Positions 35,221 through 45,140 of a stretch of 48,500 bases of DNA are shown in pieces (positions within the stretch are counted from its first letter, which is position 1; every line of letters begins with the position of its first letter). The position numbers and the translations under genes are program-made. The stretch is from Deltaproteobacteria bacterium (GTDB taxonomy: Bacteria; Myxococcota; JACRCW01; JAFGSX01). The stretch covers positions 1 through 48,500 of the forward strand of contig JAFGSX010000608.1 in the NCBI GenBank assembly GCA_016934455.1, read 5' to 3'. Below the pieces are notes generated by a model. The model had not been told where the DNA came from. It searched no databases and worked only from the letters and a program-made list of their open reading frames with translations.

Positions 35221-35311
35221 CCGCGCTCGGATGCTGCACACGAGACCGCGGGTTGCTATGTTGCCGCCTCCCTGAAGACGGGCAGTGCTCAGGAGCACGT
35301 TAGGAGTCGCC

Positions 35312-38290
35312 ATGAGCCGATCGAAAAAGATCCTCGCCTGCGCGATCACCGCCGCCGTCGGCATCGCCGGCAGCGCGGGGGACGCCGGCGCCGGGATACC
35401 GAACGACGCCCGGCGGTTCGCGCAGCGCACCTACGTCAGCGCCGGCCGCACCGTCGTGGTCGAGGCCGCCGCCGACCTGCTCGTGGTGCGGACCCGGAGG
35501 CCGCTCGATCGCCAGTCGGTGGCGCGGCTGGCCGCGGATGCGCTCGTCCGCGTCGCCCGCAAGGATCCGGCCGCGGCCGCCGTCCGGATCGGCGCCGTCA
35601 ACCTGCTGCAGCGGCACGGGCTGTTCCTGATCGAGCTGCCAGCGCTGGAGTCGCGCGAGCTGCTGCTGCGGCTGGTCGACGAGCTGCAGGGCAGCGATCG
35701 GGTGCGCCAGGTCTACCCCGTGCTCAAGCGCGGCCCGGGCCGCGCTTTCTATGACGACCAGCTAGCGCTGACGGCGCTGCCTGGCCAGCTCGGGAACGCG
35801 CTCGAAAAGGCGCTGCCGCTGCTCGAGGCCCGGCTGCTGCGGGTGTGCCGGGTGCCCGACACCGCGCTGCTGCAGATCGGCGCGCGCTTCTCATTCGACG
35901 CGGTCGAGGCCTCGCGCTGGCTGGCCGCGCGCGGCGGGATCCCGGGCCTGGTCTCGGCCGAGCCCCACCTGTACCGGGAGCGGCGTCCGACCCGGATCGT
36001 CGACGATCCGGTCGCGGCTCGACAGTGGCACCTGTTTCGCAGCGCCGAGACGCTCGACCCCAACCTGCCGGGCGTCGGCCAGATCTTCGCGCCGCGCGCC
36101 TGGGATCTCACGCTCGGCGATCCCGCGGTCATCATCGCGATCGCCGACACCGGCATCGACGTCGATCACCCCGATCTGGCACCCAACATCGTGCCCGGCT
36201 TCGACGCCGTCGACGGCGATGACGACCCGCGCCCCGAGTGCTCCCGCTCGTACGACGGCGCCGGCGAGTCCGCCACCTGCGTCGCCGCCGATCCCGATCG
36301 CCCCTTCCGCGAGTCGCACGGCACCGCGACCGCCGGCCTGGCGGCCGGCCGCGGCGACAACGGACTGGGCGCCAGCGGCGTCTGCCCGCTGTGCAGCGTG
36401 ATGCCGATCCGCCTGCTCGGAACGGGCGACGCCACCGGCGACATGACCACGGCCGATGTGTTTGTCGAGGCGGTCGACCGCGGCGCCGCGATCATCAGCA
36501 ATAGCTGGGGCATGTGGTCGGCGCGCTACTTTCCGCAGTCCCAGGCCGAGCGCGACGCCTTTCGCTACGCCCGGCTGCAGGGCCGCCGCGGCCTGGGCAC
36601 GCTGATCCTGTTCGCCGCCGGCAACGAGACCAGCGACGTGGCCAGCGACGCCAATGCCCGCAGCACCGACGCCATGGCGATCGCGGCCTCGACCAACCTG
36701 GACGACTGGGCCTACTACTCCAATTACGGCGAGGCGATCGACGTGGCCGCGCCCAGCATCGGCGGCGCCGACCCGGAGGGCTCCGACAGCTACGGCATCG
36801 TGACCCACGACGTCAGCGGCGCCGACGGCTACAGCGGCGACGACTACACCAGCGACTTCGGCGGCACCTCGGCGTCGTGCCCGATCGCGGCTGGCGCGGC
36901 CGGCCTGGTGCTCAGCGTGGCCCCCGATCTCACGGCCGACCAGGTGCGCATCGCCGTCACCTCGACCGCGGACAAGATCCACGCCGACAAGCTCGACTGG
37001 CCCTCGATCATCGACGCCGACGTCGACACCATCTTCGCCTACGATGAGATCGGCCACAGCATCGGTTTCGGCTGGGGCCGCATCGACGTCGGCCAGGCGA
37101 TGATGGCCGCCCTGCTGCCGTCGCTGCAGGGCGCGCTCTGCACGGCCGCCGGCTGCGAGGACTGCGATCCGGACGGCCGCTGCCGCCTGATCTGCCACCA
37201 GCAGGGCGACTGCCCGGATGGCTCGGTCTGCCGCGACGGGCGCTGCGACACACCGCGCCCGGAGCCCGGCACCGCCGGCACGGATTGCACCGCCGATTGC
37301 GTCGACTGCGTCTGGACCGTCGACGCCAACTACGAGCCGGTCGAGCTGTGCACCGAGATCTGCTCCGCCGACGACGACTGCCCCACGGGGTGGGATTGCC
37401 GCCTGCTCACCGACGGCGAGACCAGAGTCTGCGTGATCGGCAATCCGCACGCCGGCGAGCCTGCCGGCAACCGCAATTGCCGGAGCGACCTGCTCTTCAG
37501 CAGCGTCGTGGCGCTGGGAGAGGACGGCCAGGCCTACTGCAGCGAGGTCTGCTTTGCCAACGGAGAGGACGAGTGCCCTTACGGTTTTCACTGCAGCGCC
37601 GCGCTCTGCAGTTGCACCTCCAGCGGCGGCTGGGGCTGCAGCGAGTACACCTGCCACGAGACACCGATCTACGATCCCGACATCTGGCCCTTCAGGCAGT
37701 GCTTCCCGGACGCCGGCTTTGGCATCACCTGCCAGCGCCCCGAGGACTGCGGCCTCGGTGCCTACTGCAACAGCGACGGCAACTGTCGCATCGACGACCG
37801 CACCGGGTGCCTGGCCTGCGCACCGTGCGAGACGGCGGACGATTGCGGGCCAGTCGCGGCGTGCCTCGACCTGCAGGACGGCAGCCAGCCGCGCTGCGCC
37901 ATCCCGTGCCGGGTCAACGACAGTTGCCCAGGCGACGCCATCTGCCGCGAGGTGACCTACATCATTCGCGACCGCGAGCGGACCCAGCGGCTCTGCGTGT
38001 CTCCCGACACCGGCCCGGAGGGCGAGTGGTGCGACCCCGGCTATGTCTGCCAGGTCGCCTGCCGCGACGACGTGCCCTGCCCGGCGGGCCAGGTCTGCGA
38101 CCAGGGTGTGTGCGTCCTGGCGCCGACCCCGGCCGGCGACGGCGGCGCCACCGCCTCCTCGCTCGAGGGAGGCTGCGGCTGCGGCGCCCGCGCCACGGCA
38201 TGGACGATGGAATGGATCTGGTTGCTGGCCGGCCTGGTACTGCCCCGCCTCCTGCGCTCGCGCCACGGCAGACAGGGTCGGGCGCGGTGA
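35312..38290 (+). CDS. Secreted subtilisin-like (S8) serine protease with C-terminal Cys-knot array and MYXO-CTERM-like tail
   Basis: AGGAG sits 5 nt before ATG 35312, followed by a signal peptide. The catalytic triad blocks are IAIADTGIDVDHPDL (Asp), HGTATAGLAA (His) and GGTSASCPIAAGAAGL (Ser). At least 7 Cys-knot modules lie at nt 37136-38117. The tail is LEGGCGCGARATAWTMEWIWLLAGLVLPRLLRSR. Confidence 0.85.
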   Translation: MSRSKKILACAITAAVGIAGSAGDAGAGIPNDARRFAQRTYVSAGRTVVVEAAADLLVVRTRRPLDRQSVARLAADALVRVARKDPAAAAVRIGAVNLLQRHGLFLIELPALESRELLLRLVDELQGSDRVRQVYPVLKRGPGRAFYDDQLALTALPGQLGNALEKALPLLEARLLRVCRVPDTALLQIGARFSFDAVEASRWLAARGGIPGLVSAEPHLYRERRPTRIVDDPVAARQWHLFRSAETLDPNLPGVGQIFAPRAWDLTLGDPAVIIAIADTGIDVDHPDLAPNIVPGFDAVDGDDDPRPECSRSYDGAGESATCVAADPDRPFRESHGTATAGLAAGRGDNGLGASGVCPLCSVMPIRLLGTGDATGDMTTADVFVEAVDRGAAIISNSWGMWSARYFPQSQAERDAFRYARLQGRRGLGTLILFAAGNETSDVASDANARSTDAMAIAASTNLDDWAYYSNYGEAIDVAAPSIGGADPEGSDSYGIVTHDVSGADGYSGDDYTSDFGGTSASCPIAAGAAGLVLSVAPDLTADQVRIAVTSTADKIHADKLDWPSIIDADVDTIFAYDEIGHSIGFGWGRIDVGQAMMAALLPSLQGALCTAAGCEDCDPDGRCRLICHQQGDCPDGSVCRDGRCDTPRPEPGTAGTDCTADCVDCVWTVDANYEPVELCTEICSADDDCPTGWDCRLLTDGETRVCVIGNPHAGEPAGNRNCRSDLLFSSVVALGEDGQAYCSEVCFANGEDECPYGFHCSAALCSCTSSGGWGCSEYTCHETPIYDPDIWPFRQCFPDAGFGITCQRPEDCGLGAYCNSDGNCRIDDRTGCLACAPCETADDCGPVAACLDLQDGSQPRCAIPCRVNDSCPGDAICREVTYIIRDRERTQRLCVSPDTGPEGEWCDPGYVCQVACRDDVPCPAGQVCDQGVCVLAPTPAGDGGATASSLEGGCGCGARATAWTMEWIWLLAGLVLPRLLRSRHGRQGRAR

Positions 38291-38300
38291 TCGATCGCCG

Positions 38301-39452
38301 TCACTCGGCTAGCGGTAAAAAGAAGAAGGCGCTCCCGGTGACGACCAGCACCAGCCCGACCCCCAGCGACGCCAGCGTCCCGACATAGGTGCCGTCGAGC
38401 TGGCCGCGGCGCTCCTTCATCTGAGCCAGCGTGAGATCGCTCTTGAGAGTGTGCACGGGATCGTTGCTGTCGTCGTTATCAAACAGGTGATTCTCGTTGG
38501 TGTCCCAGCCGATGTACTGGTGGACGCTGTAGAGCGTGCCTGCGGCCACCAGCCCGACCGCGCCGAGACCGACTCCGACCCAGGCCACGGGCGACTCCCA
38601 GTGCGGGTAAGTGGCGGCAGGAGAAGGCGCCGGGGTTGGCGGCGTCACGACCCCGGACTCTGGCTTGACCACCGGCGGCGCCACCGGTGTCACCGCCGCG
38701 ATCACCTTGGGCTCGGGCGAGGCCACGGGCGGTGCGATCGCCACCGCGGCCGTGGCCGCCACCGCGGGCAACGACACCTGAAGGTGCGCCAGCCGCCCCC
38801 GCTGCACCTCGATCCGGCGCATCACCGACTGGTGGCCGGACTTGTCGACCAGAACCTCGTGAGCCCCGACCTTGAGGTTCTCGGTCAGCGCCAGCGGCGT
38901 GACCCCGGCCGGCTTGCCATCGACGACGACGTGGGCGCCCGCCACGTCCGAGGTCACCACCAGCACCGCTGGCGGCTGCTCGAGCACCTCGCCCCGGACA
39001 AAGGCCTTGGTCACCGCCAGACCCGCAGCGTCTACGCTCGGCAGCTCGACCTGCCGCCACTGCGCCCGGTTGGGCGCCCTGACCGCGACCGAGACCAGTC
39101 CGAGCATGGTCGGCTTGCCCTCGCTCGCGGTGACCTCGACGTAGAGAGCGCGCGCCGCGCCCAGCGTGTCCGCGATCTGGGCGATGCACTTGGCGTCGTA
39201 GCTCTGGCAGCCGAGCAAGGTGCGCGACTCCTCGAGGCTGACCTGCGGCGGCGGCATCCACTCGATGCCGCGCTTCTGCACGGCCGCCGCCTGCGCGGCG
39301 TCCTGGATCTCCTTTTCCCAGGCTCCGGGCACGGTCTTTTCTAGGCGCACCAGCACGACGAATTTCTTTTCGACGACCCGTCTCTTGGCTAGCGCCGGAT
39401 CTGCGGTCAGCACCGCTCCCAGGGCAACAAAAAAGATGACGAATTTGCACAT
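38301..39452 (-). CDS. PEGA-domain envelope protein
   Basis: The signal peptide is MCKFVIFFVALGAVLTADPALA. The PEGA-like block is LVVTSDVAGAHVVVDGKPAGVTPL...VGAHEVLVDKSGH. A Pro/Ala/Val linker and two C-terminal hydrophobic helices follow. Confidence 0.8.
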   Translation of the reverse strand: MCKFVIFFVALGAVLTADPALAKRRVVEKKFVVLVRLEKTVPGAWEKEIQDAAQAAAVQKRGIEWMPPPQVSLEESRTLLGCQSYDAKCIAQIADTLGAARALYVEVTASEGKPTMLGLVSVAVRAPNRAQWRQVELPSVDAAGLAVTKAFVRGEVLEQPPAVLVVTSDVAGAHVVVDGKPAGVTPLALTENLKVGAHEVLVDKSGHQSVMRRIEVQRGRLAHLQVSLPAVAATAAVAIAPPVASPEPKVIAAVTPVAPPVVKPESGVVTPPTPAPSPAATYPHWESPVAWVGVGLGAVGLVAAGTLYSVHQYIGWDTNENHLFDNDDSNDPVHTLKSDLTLAQMKERRGQLDGTYVGTLASLGVGLVLVVTGSAFFFLPLAE

Positions 39453-39768
39453 AATGACGACTCTACCAGAAGCCCGCTTGGTTGTCTGCAGCGCTCGAGA
39501 TGCCGCCTTTTGGACCGCGTCGACCTTTCGACTTTTTCGTCGAAGCCGACACCGACCGCGGCGGCGCCGGCCACCGCGGTGCCCCCTACCACCTTGACGA
39601 CCGCAAACCTTATAGACAAGACTGAAACAGCGACCAGGTCAGTCTCCGCATCGGGACATTGGCCATTCCGGGGGACGCCTTTGCTCCGGCGGAGCAGCGC
39701 GTCGACGTCGAGCCAAATGGCACACAACAACCAAAGCGGAGCAACTGTCGCATGACCGGTGTCGTCAG

Positions 39769-41398
39769 ATGACAGTGCGATTCTGGATCGCCCCGGCCAT
39801 CGCGCTGCTGCTAGCGCTCGCGGTCGTGGTCACCGCGCGCCTGCAACAGCGCGCCGCGCTGGCTGACGTCGGGCGGAGCTTCGAGCAGCACGTGGCCGAC
39901 GTGACGCGGCTGGTGCAGGAAAGCGCCCGGCAGGGTACCGCCGCCATCGATCGGCTGTACCAGACAGAGGAGCGGCAGCTCTCGATGATCGGCGCCGATC
40001 TCGAGCCCCGCCGCGGCGCCGACCTGGCAGCCGCCATCGCCGATCACGAGGTCGCGGTGTGGGCGATCGATGGCGGGACGACCGCGTCGGCCGGCCACTG
40101 GGGCCCGGTGCCGCCGTCCCAGCGGCGTGCGTTGCTCGAGCACGTGCGCGAGGCCGGAGTCGACACCATCGTCGACGACGGACCGGCCGCTGACAGTGGT
40201 CTCTATTGCACGCTCCACCCCATCTCGTCGGCTGACGCCCTGCTCTGCCGCGATGCCAGCGCCCTGACCGCGCTGCGCCGACAGCTCGGGCTCGGCCGGC
40301 TGCTCGCGAGCGCCGAGTCGAGTGGCGTGGTCTTCGCCACCATCCAGGACGAGCAAGGCATCATCGCGGCCTCGCCGCACGCGGCGGCGCTGGTACGGTT
40401 GCCGGTGGACGACTTTTTCAAGCAGGCCCAACGCGCGGCGACGTCGCACATGGAGTTCCGCAACACGAACCTGGCCGGGACGCCGGTGGTCGAGGGCGCC
40501 GCACCGTTCCATCTGCCCGACGGCACGGTCGCGGTGCTGCGGATCGCGGTCGACGCCGCGCCGCTCGAGGCGGTGCGCGAGCGGCTCGACCTGCACCTGC
40601 TGGCGCTGGTCGTCGTCGCGGTGCTGCTGGTGGTGCTGACCATCGCCGTCAGCCTGGTGCTCGAGCGCGGCGAGCGCCGGCGGCTCGAGCACGCAGCCGC
40701 GCTGGCGCGCAGCGACGAGGAACAGCGTCACTGGCAGGCGATCGGGCAGCTCGCCGCGACCGTGGCGCACGAGGTGCGCAGCCCGCTCAACACCCTGCAG
40801 ATGCTGGCGCAGCGGCTCGACCGCGAGTTCACGCTGCCCGAGGCCGAGCGCGCCGAGTACCGGGAGCTGATCGGGCTCTTGCGCAGCGAGGCCGATCGGG
40901 TGAACCGGGTGGTCACCGACTTTCTCGACCTGGGGCGGCCGCTGCTGCTCGAGCGCCGGCGCATCACCGCCGCCGACCTGCTGCGGGAGGCGCTGGCGCC
41001 GCTGCTGGCGCGGGCCGCGGACGAGCACAAACGGATAGTCGTCGACGAGAGGAGCGGCGGCGCGGTGGAGGTCGACACCCTGCGCTTTGGTCAGATGATA
41101 GGCAACCTGGTCGGCAACGCGCTCGACGCGGTGTCGGACGGCGGCACGGTGTCGGTCGCGTGCGAGCGGACCGGCACCGGTCTCTGCTTCTCGGTCGCCG
41201 ACGACGGGCCGGGCATGACCGCCGAGCAGACCGCGCAGGCGCTGCAACCCTTTGCCACGACCAAGGCGCACGGCACCGGGCTCGGCCTGCCACTGGCCCG
41301 GCGCCTGGCCGAGGCGCACGGGGGGAACCTGCTGCTGCAATCGACTCCGGGCCGGGGCACGATCGCGCGCATCGCGATCCCGGACACAGGTGCAGACG

Positions 41399-41409
<11 letters not shown>
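39769..41409 (+). CDS. Sensor histidine kinase (two TM helices flanking a ~250-aa periplasmic domain)
   Basis: H-box HEVRSPLNTL, N-box GNLVGNALDA, G1 DDGPGM and G2 GTGLGL. The TM helices are at aa 5-25 and about 275-300. Confidence 0.9.
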
Positions 41410-42790
<1,381 letters not shown>

Positions 42791-42798
42791 CTGTAGAT

Positions 42799-42839
42799 TC
42801 GACGGAATCGTCGATCGATCTCGACGAGAATGTCGATCG
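42799..42839 (+). promoter_or_regulatory. Candidate enhancer (UAS): phased TCGACG/CGTCGA half-sites
   Basis: The sequence is TCGACG-gaat-CGTCGA-tcgatc-TCGACG-agaatg-TCGATCG. Half-sites start at 42799, 42809, 42821 and 42833 (10-12 bp phasing), about 85-120 bp upstream of the -24 element. That is the usual distance for NtrC-class activators. Confidence 0.3.
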
Positions 42840-42881
42840 CGAGGTCTGCAACGCGCACCGCGGGCCGGCACCACCGGAATA

Positions 42882-42894
42882 AATCAATCAATTT
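42882..42894 (+). promoter_or_regulatory. IHF-like site inside an AT-rich bend element
   Basis: AATCAATCAATTT matches WATCAANNNNTTR at 12 of 13 positions. It lies within the only strongly AT-rich patch of the region (42877-42906), between the putative UAS and the -24/-12 element. Confidence 0.2.
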
Positions 42895-42920
42895 CAAATA
42901 GTTAACCGCACTGCGCGATC

Positions 42921-42936
42921 TGGCCCGATAGATGCT
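42921..42936 (+). promoter_or_regulatory. Sigma-54 (-24/-12) promoter
   Basis: TGGCCCGATAGATGCT compared with the consensus TGGCACG-N4-TTGCW. The GG and GC dinucleotides are present with exactly 10 nt between them, and there are two mismatches at non-core positions. It lies 40 nt upstream of ATG 42976, with AGGAG at 42963-42967, directly downstream of a sigma-54 activator gene. Confidence 0.55.
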
Positions 42937-42975
42937 CAAGAAGGTGATGCAGAAACGAAGACCAGGAGAATACCC

Positions 42976-43623
42976 ATGCACCGCATCGCGCTGACGACTC
43001 TCGCAGTTCTGGCCAGCTCCGGGATCGCGTACGCCGAACCAGCGAGCGAGCCCGAGCAGGCGCGCGACCAAGTCCAGGCCCAATCCCAGGACGGAGTGAC
43101 CGCGGACGAGGACGCCGACCGGGAGCGAGCGCGGGAGCAGAACCGCAAGCGCAACCGGCGCCACAGACAATCGGCGACCGGTGATCAGGGCGACATCGCC
43201 GGTGGCGGCAACTCGGAGTCGGCAGGCAGCGGCGGTAGCGGCACCGGCGCTCCTGCCACCCCGGCCGACGCCGGCGGTACGGTCGTGCAGGTCGGCGAGG
43301 ACCAGTTCGTGACGGTCGACGAAAACAACAGCGGCCGTGGCACCGGCACTGATTTTGTCGACCGCGACGGCGACGGCATCGCCGACCAAACCGCTGGCAG
43401 CGCAAGCGACAGCGGCAGTGTCAGACGTGGCCAGCACCGATACCGCCACCGCCACATGGTGGCCGGTCGCGGTGCTGGCCGCGCTGGCGCTGGTGGCTTT
43501 GGAGCTGGCGCCGGCAGCGGCTATGGCTTTGGCTATGGCTTTGTCGATGCGGACGGCGACGGGATCTGCGACAATTATCAGAGCACCGGCAGCAGAGGTT
43601 CGCGGCGCGGGCCCGGACGGTAG
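42976..43623 (+). CDS. Small secreted protein with two FVDxDGDGIxD motifs, Gly-rich and Arg/His-rich tracts; unknown function
   Basis: The signal peptide is MHRIALTTLAVLASSGIAYA. It carries FVDRDGDGIADQ and FVDADGDGICDN, plus GAGAGSGYGFGYGF, RKRNRRHRQ and HRYRHRH. Confidence 0.75.
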   Translation: MHRIALTTLAVLASSGIAYAEPASEPEQARDQVQAQSQDGVTADEDADRERAREQNRKRNRRHRQSATGDQGDIAGGGNSESAGSGGSGTGAPATPADAGGTVVQVGEDQFVTVDENNSGRGTGTDFVDRDGDGIADQTAGSASDSGSVRRGQHRYRHRHMVAGRGAGRAGAGGFGAGAGSGYGFGYGFVDADGDGICDNYQSTGSRGSRRGPGR

Positions 43624-43667
43624 TCAGTGCCATTCCCGCTGCCGGCCGGCGGGAGCAAGGGCCCATC

Positions 43668-43964
43668 TTGAGACGGCTCATTCCCATGGTTGTGGTGGCA
43701 CTGACGACGCTGGCGCTGTGGCCGATCGAGGCCTTTGCCCAGGACGAGGGTCCCTCCAGCCAGTCCCGACCAGCAGAGGAAAAAAAGCCAGAGAGCCAGC
43801 CGTTCGTGGACCGCGACGGCGATGGAATACAGGACGGCCAGGAGCGGCGTTTCAGACGGCAGAAACGAGGCAAGAACCGGCGCCAGGACGAGTCGCGGCG
43901 CCGCCGCCAGCGTCAAAGGAGCGCGGACCCCGACCGGGCGCAGCCCGCGCCGCACGGTCCATGA
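43668..43964 (+). CDS. Small secreted protein with FVDRDGDGIQD motif and Arg-rich tail; unknown function
   Basis: A TTG start gives MRRLIPMVVVALTTLALWPIEAFA, a good signal peptide. An ATG at 43686 is the alternative. It shares the FVDRDGDGI motif with the preceding gene, and its tail is RRFRRQKRGKNRRQDESRRRRQRQR. Confidence 0.6.
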   Translation: MRRLIPMVVVALTTLALWPIEAFAQDEGPSSQSRPAEEKKPESQPFVDRDGDGIQDGQERRFRRQKRGKNRRQDESRRRRQRQRSADPDRAQPAPHGP

Positions 43965-44021
43965 GCCGGTATGCTGGCGGCCCCGCTCGGCATCGGAACG
44001 CCTGATCAAGGGAGCGACACC

Positions 44022-45131
44022 ATGATCGCCCGGCCCCTCGCGCGCGGCATCGCGATCGTTGCCCTGGCCCTGGCGTTCGCGCCGCCAGCCTCGGCCATCA
44101 GCGCGCGCGCTGACCTCGAGCTAGCCAGCGCCTTCACCAGCAACGTCTACCTCGACCGGTCGCAGGAATGGGACATCGCGCTGCGGCCCGCGGCCACGCT
44201 CGGGCTCGATTTTGCAGACTGCTGGTCGGTCGGCTACAGCGGCGACGTCAACGCCTATCTGCTGCACAGCGATCTGCTGTCTTCGTTTCACGAGCTCTTT
44301 CTGTTCGCCAATCCGGCCTGGGGCGAGACCGGCGGCAACGAGCTGGCGGTCGAGGCCGCTCTCGAGACGCTGCGCAACAGCGACACCTACGACGCGCTCA
44401 ACTACCTGCGGCCGGTGGCGCGCGCGCGGCTGGCCATGGAGCCGCTCGCCTGGCTGCGCTGGCAGGTCGCGGCAGAGGGCGCCTACCGCTGGTTCTACGA
44501 CGACCCGCCGTCGGACGCGCTCGACACCTGGCTGCGCGGCCAGCTCGCGTTTGCGCTGCCCACCCACACCGCGCTGATGCCGGCGCTGGGCTACGGCTTT
44601 CGCTACTACCCGCGCCAGTCCGCGGCCTCCGGCGACAGCGTCGACCAGCAGGTCGACGTCGGCCTGCATGTGGGCCAAGGGCTGTGGGACACGGCCGGGT
44701 TGCAGCTCGACTACGGCTATCGTTTTGCCATCGGCACCAGCGCGCTGCTGGTCAACAAGATCACCGAGTCGCAGTTCGCCTACGTCGGCGAGGAGTTCTT
44801 CTTCTCCGGCCACCGCGCCGCGGCCGAGATCAAGCAGCTTTTCGACTTTGGCCTCAGCCTCGACGCCGCGCTCCTGCTCGAGGAGCGCGCCTACTCGGGC
44901 TGGCCGGCGCTCGACGCCAGCGGCGCCCAGCTCGGCGTCGACCGCCACGACTGGCGCCTGACCCCGCGCGGCCGCGTGGGCTACGCCTGGTCGCCCGCCG
45001 CCGACGCCCCGGCGCTGCAGCCGGCGTTCGGGGCGCTGCTCGAGTACGCGCTGGTGCGCCAGTGGTCCAACAGCGAGTGGTACGACACGCTGGCCCACTC
45101 GGTCGCGCTGCAGCTCTGGATCAACTGGTGA
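44022..45131 (+). CDS. Outer-membrane beta-barrel protein (family unassigned)
   Basis: AAGGGAG RBS. The signal peptide is MIARPLARGIAIVALALAFAPPASA. The sequence shows an alternating amphipathic-strand pattern rich in Tyr/Trp/Gly/Arg. The terminal ...VALQLWINW has the aromatic last residue typical of BAM substrates. Confidence 0.7.
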   Translation: MIARPLARGIAIVALALAFAPPASAISARADLELASAFTSNVYLDRSQEWDIALRPAATLGLDFADCWSVGYSGDVNAYLLHSDLLSSFHELFLFANPAWGETGGNELAVEAALETLRNSDTYDALNYLRPVARARLAMEPLAWLRWQVAAEGAYRWFYDDPPSDALDTWLRGQLAFALPTHTALMPALGYGFRYYPRQSAASGDSVDQQVDVGLHVGQGLWDTAGLQLDYGYRFAIGTSALLVNKITESQFAYVGEEFFFSGHRAAAEIKQLFDFGLSLDAALLLEERAYSGWPALDASGAQLGVDRHDWRLTPRGRVGYAWSPAADAPALQPAFGALLEYALVRQWSNSEWYDTLAHSVALQLWINW

Positions 45132-45140
45132 GCTGCGCGC

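Noticed and set aside
43635-43653. A 7-bp GC-rich hairpin (CCCGCTG-ccggc-CGGCGGG) between the two small secreted-protein genes.
   Set aside because: No U-tract follows it, and it overlaps the likely RBS region of the next gene. It could modulate translation, but I cannot support a terminator call.
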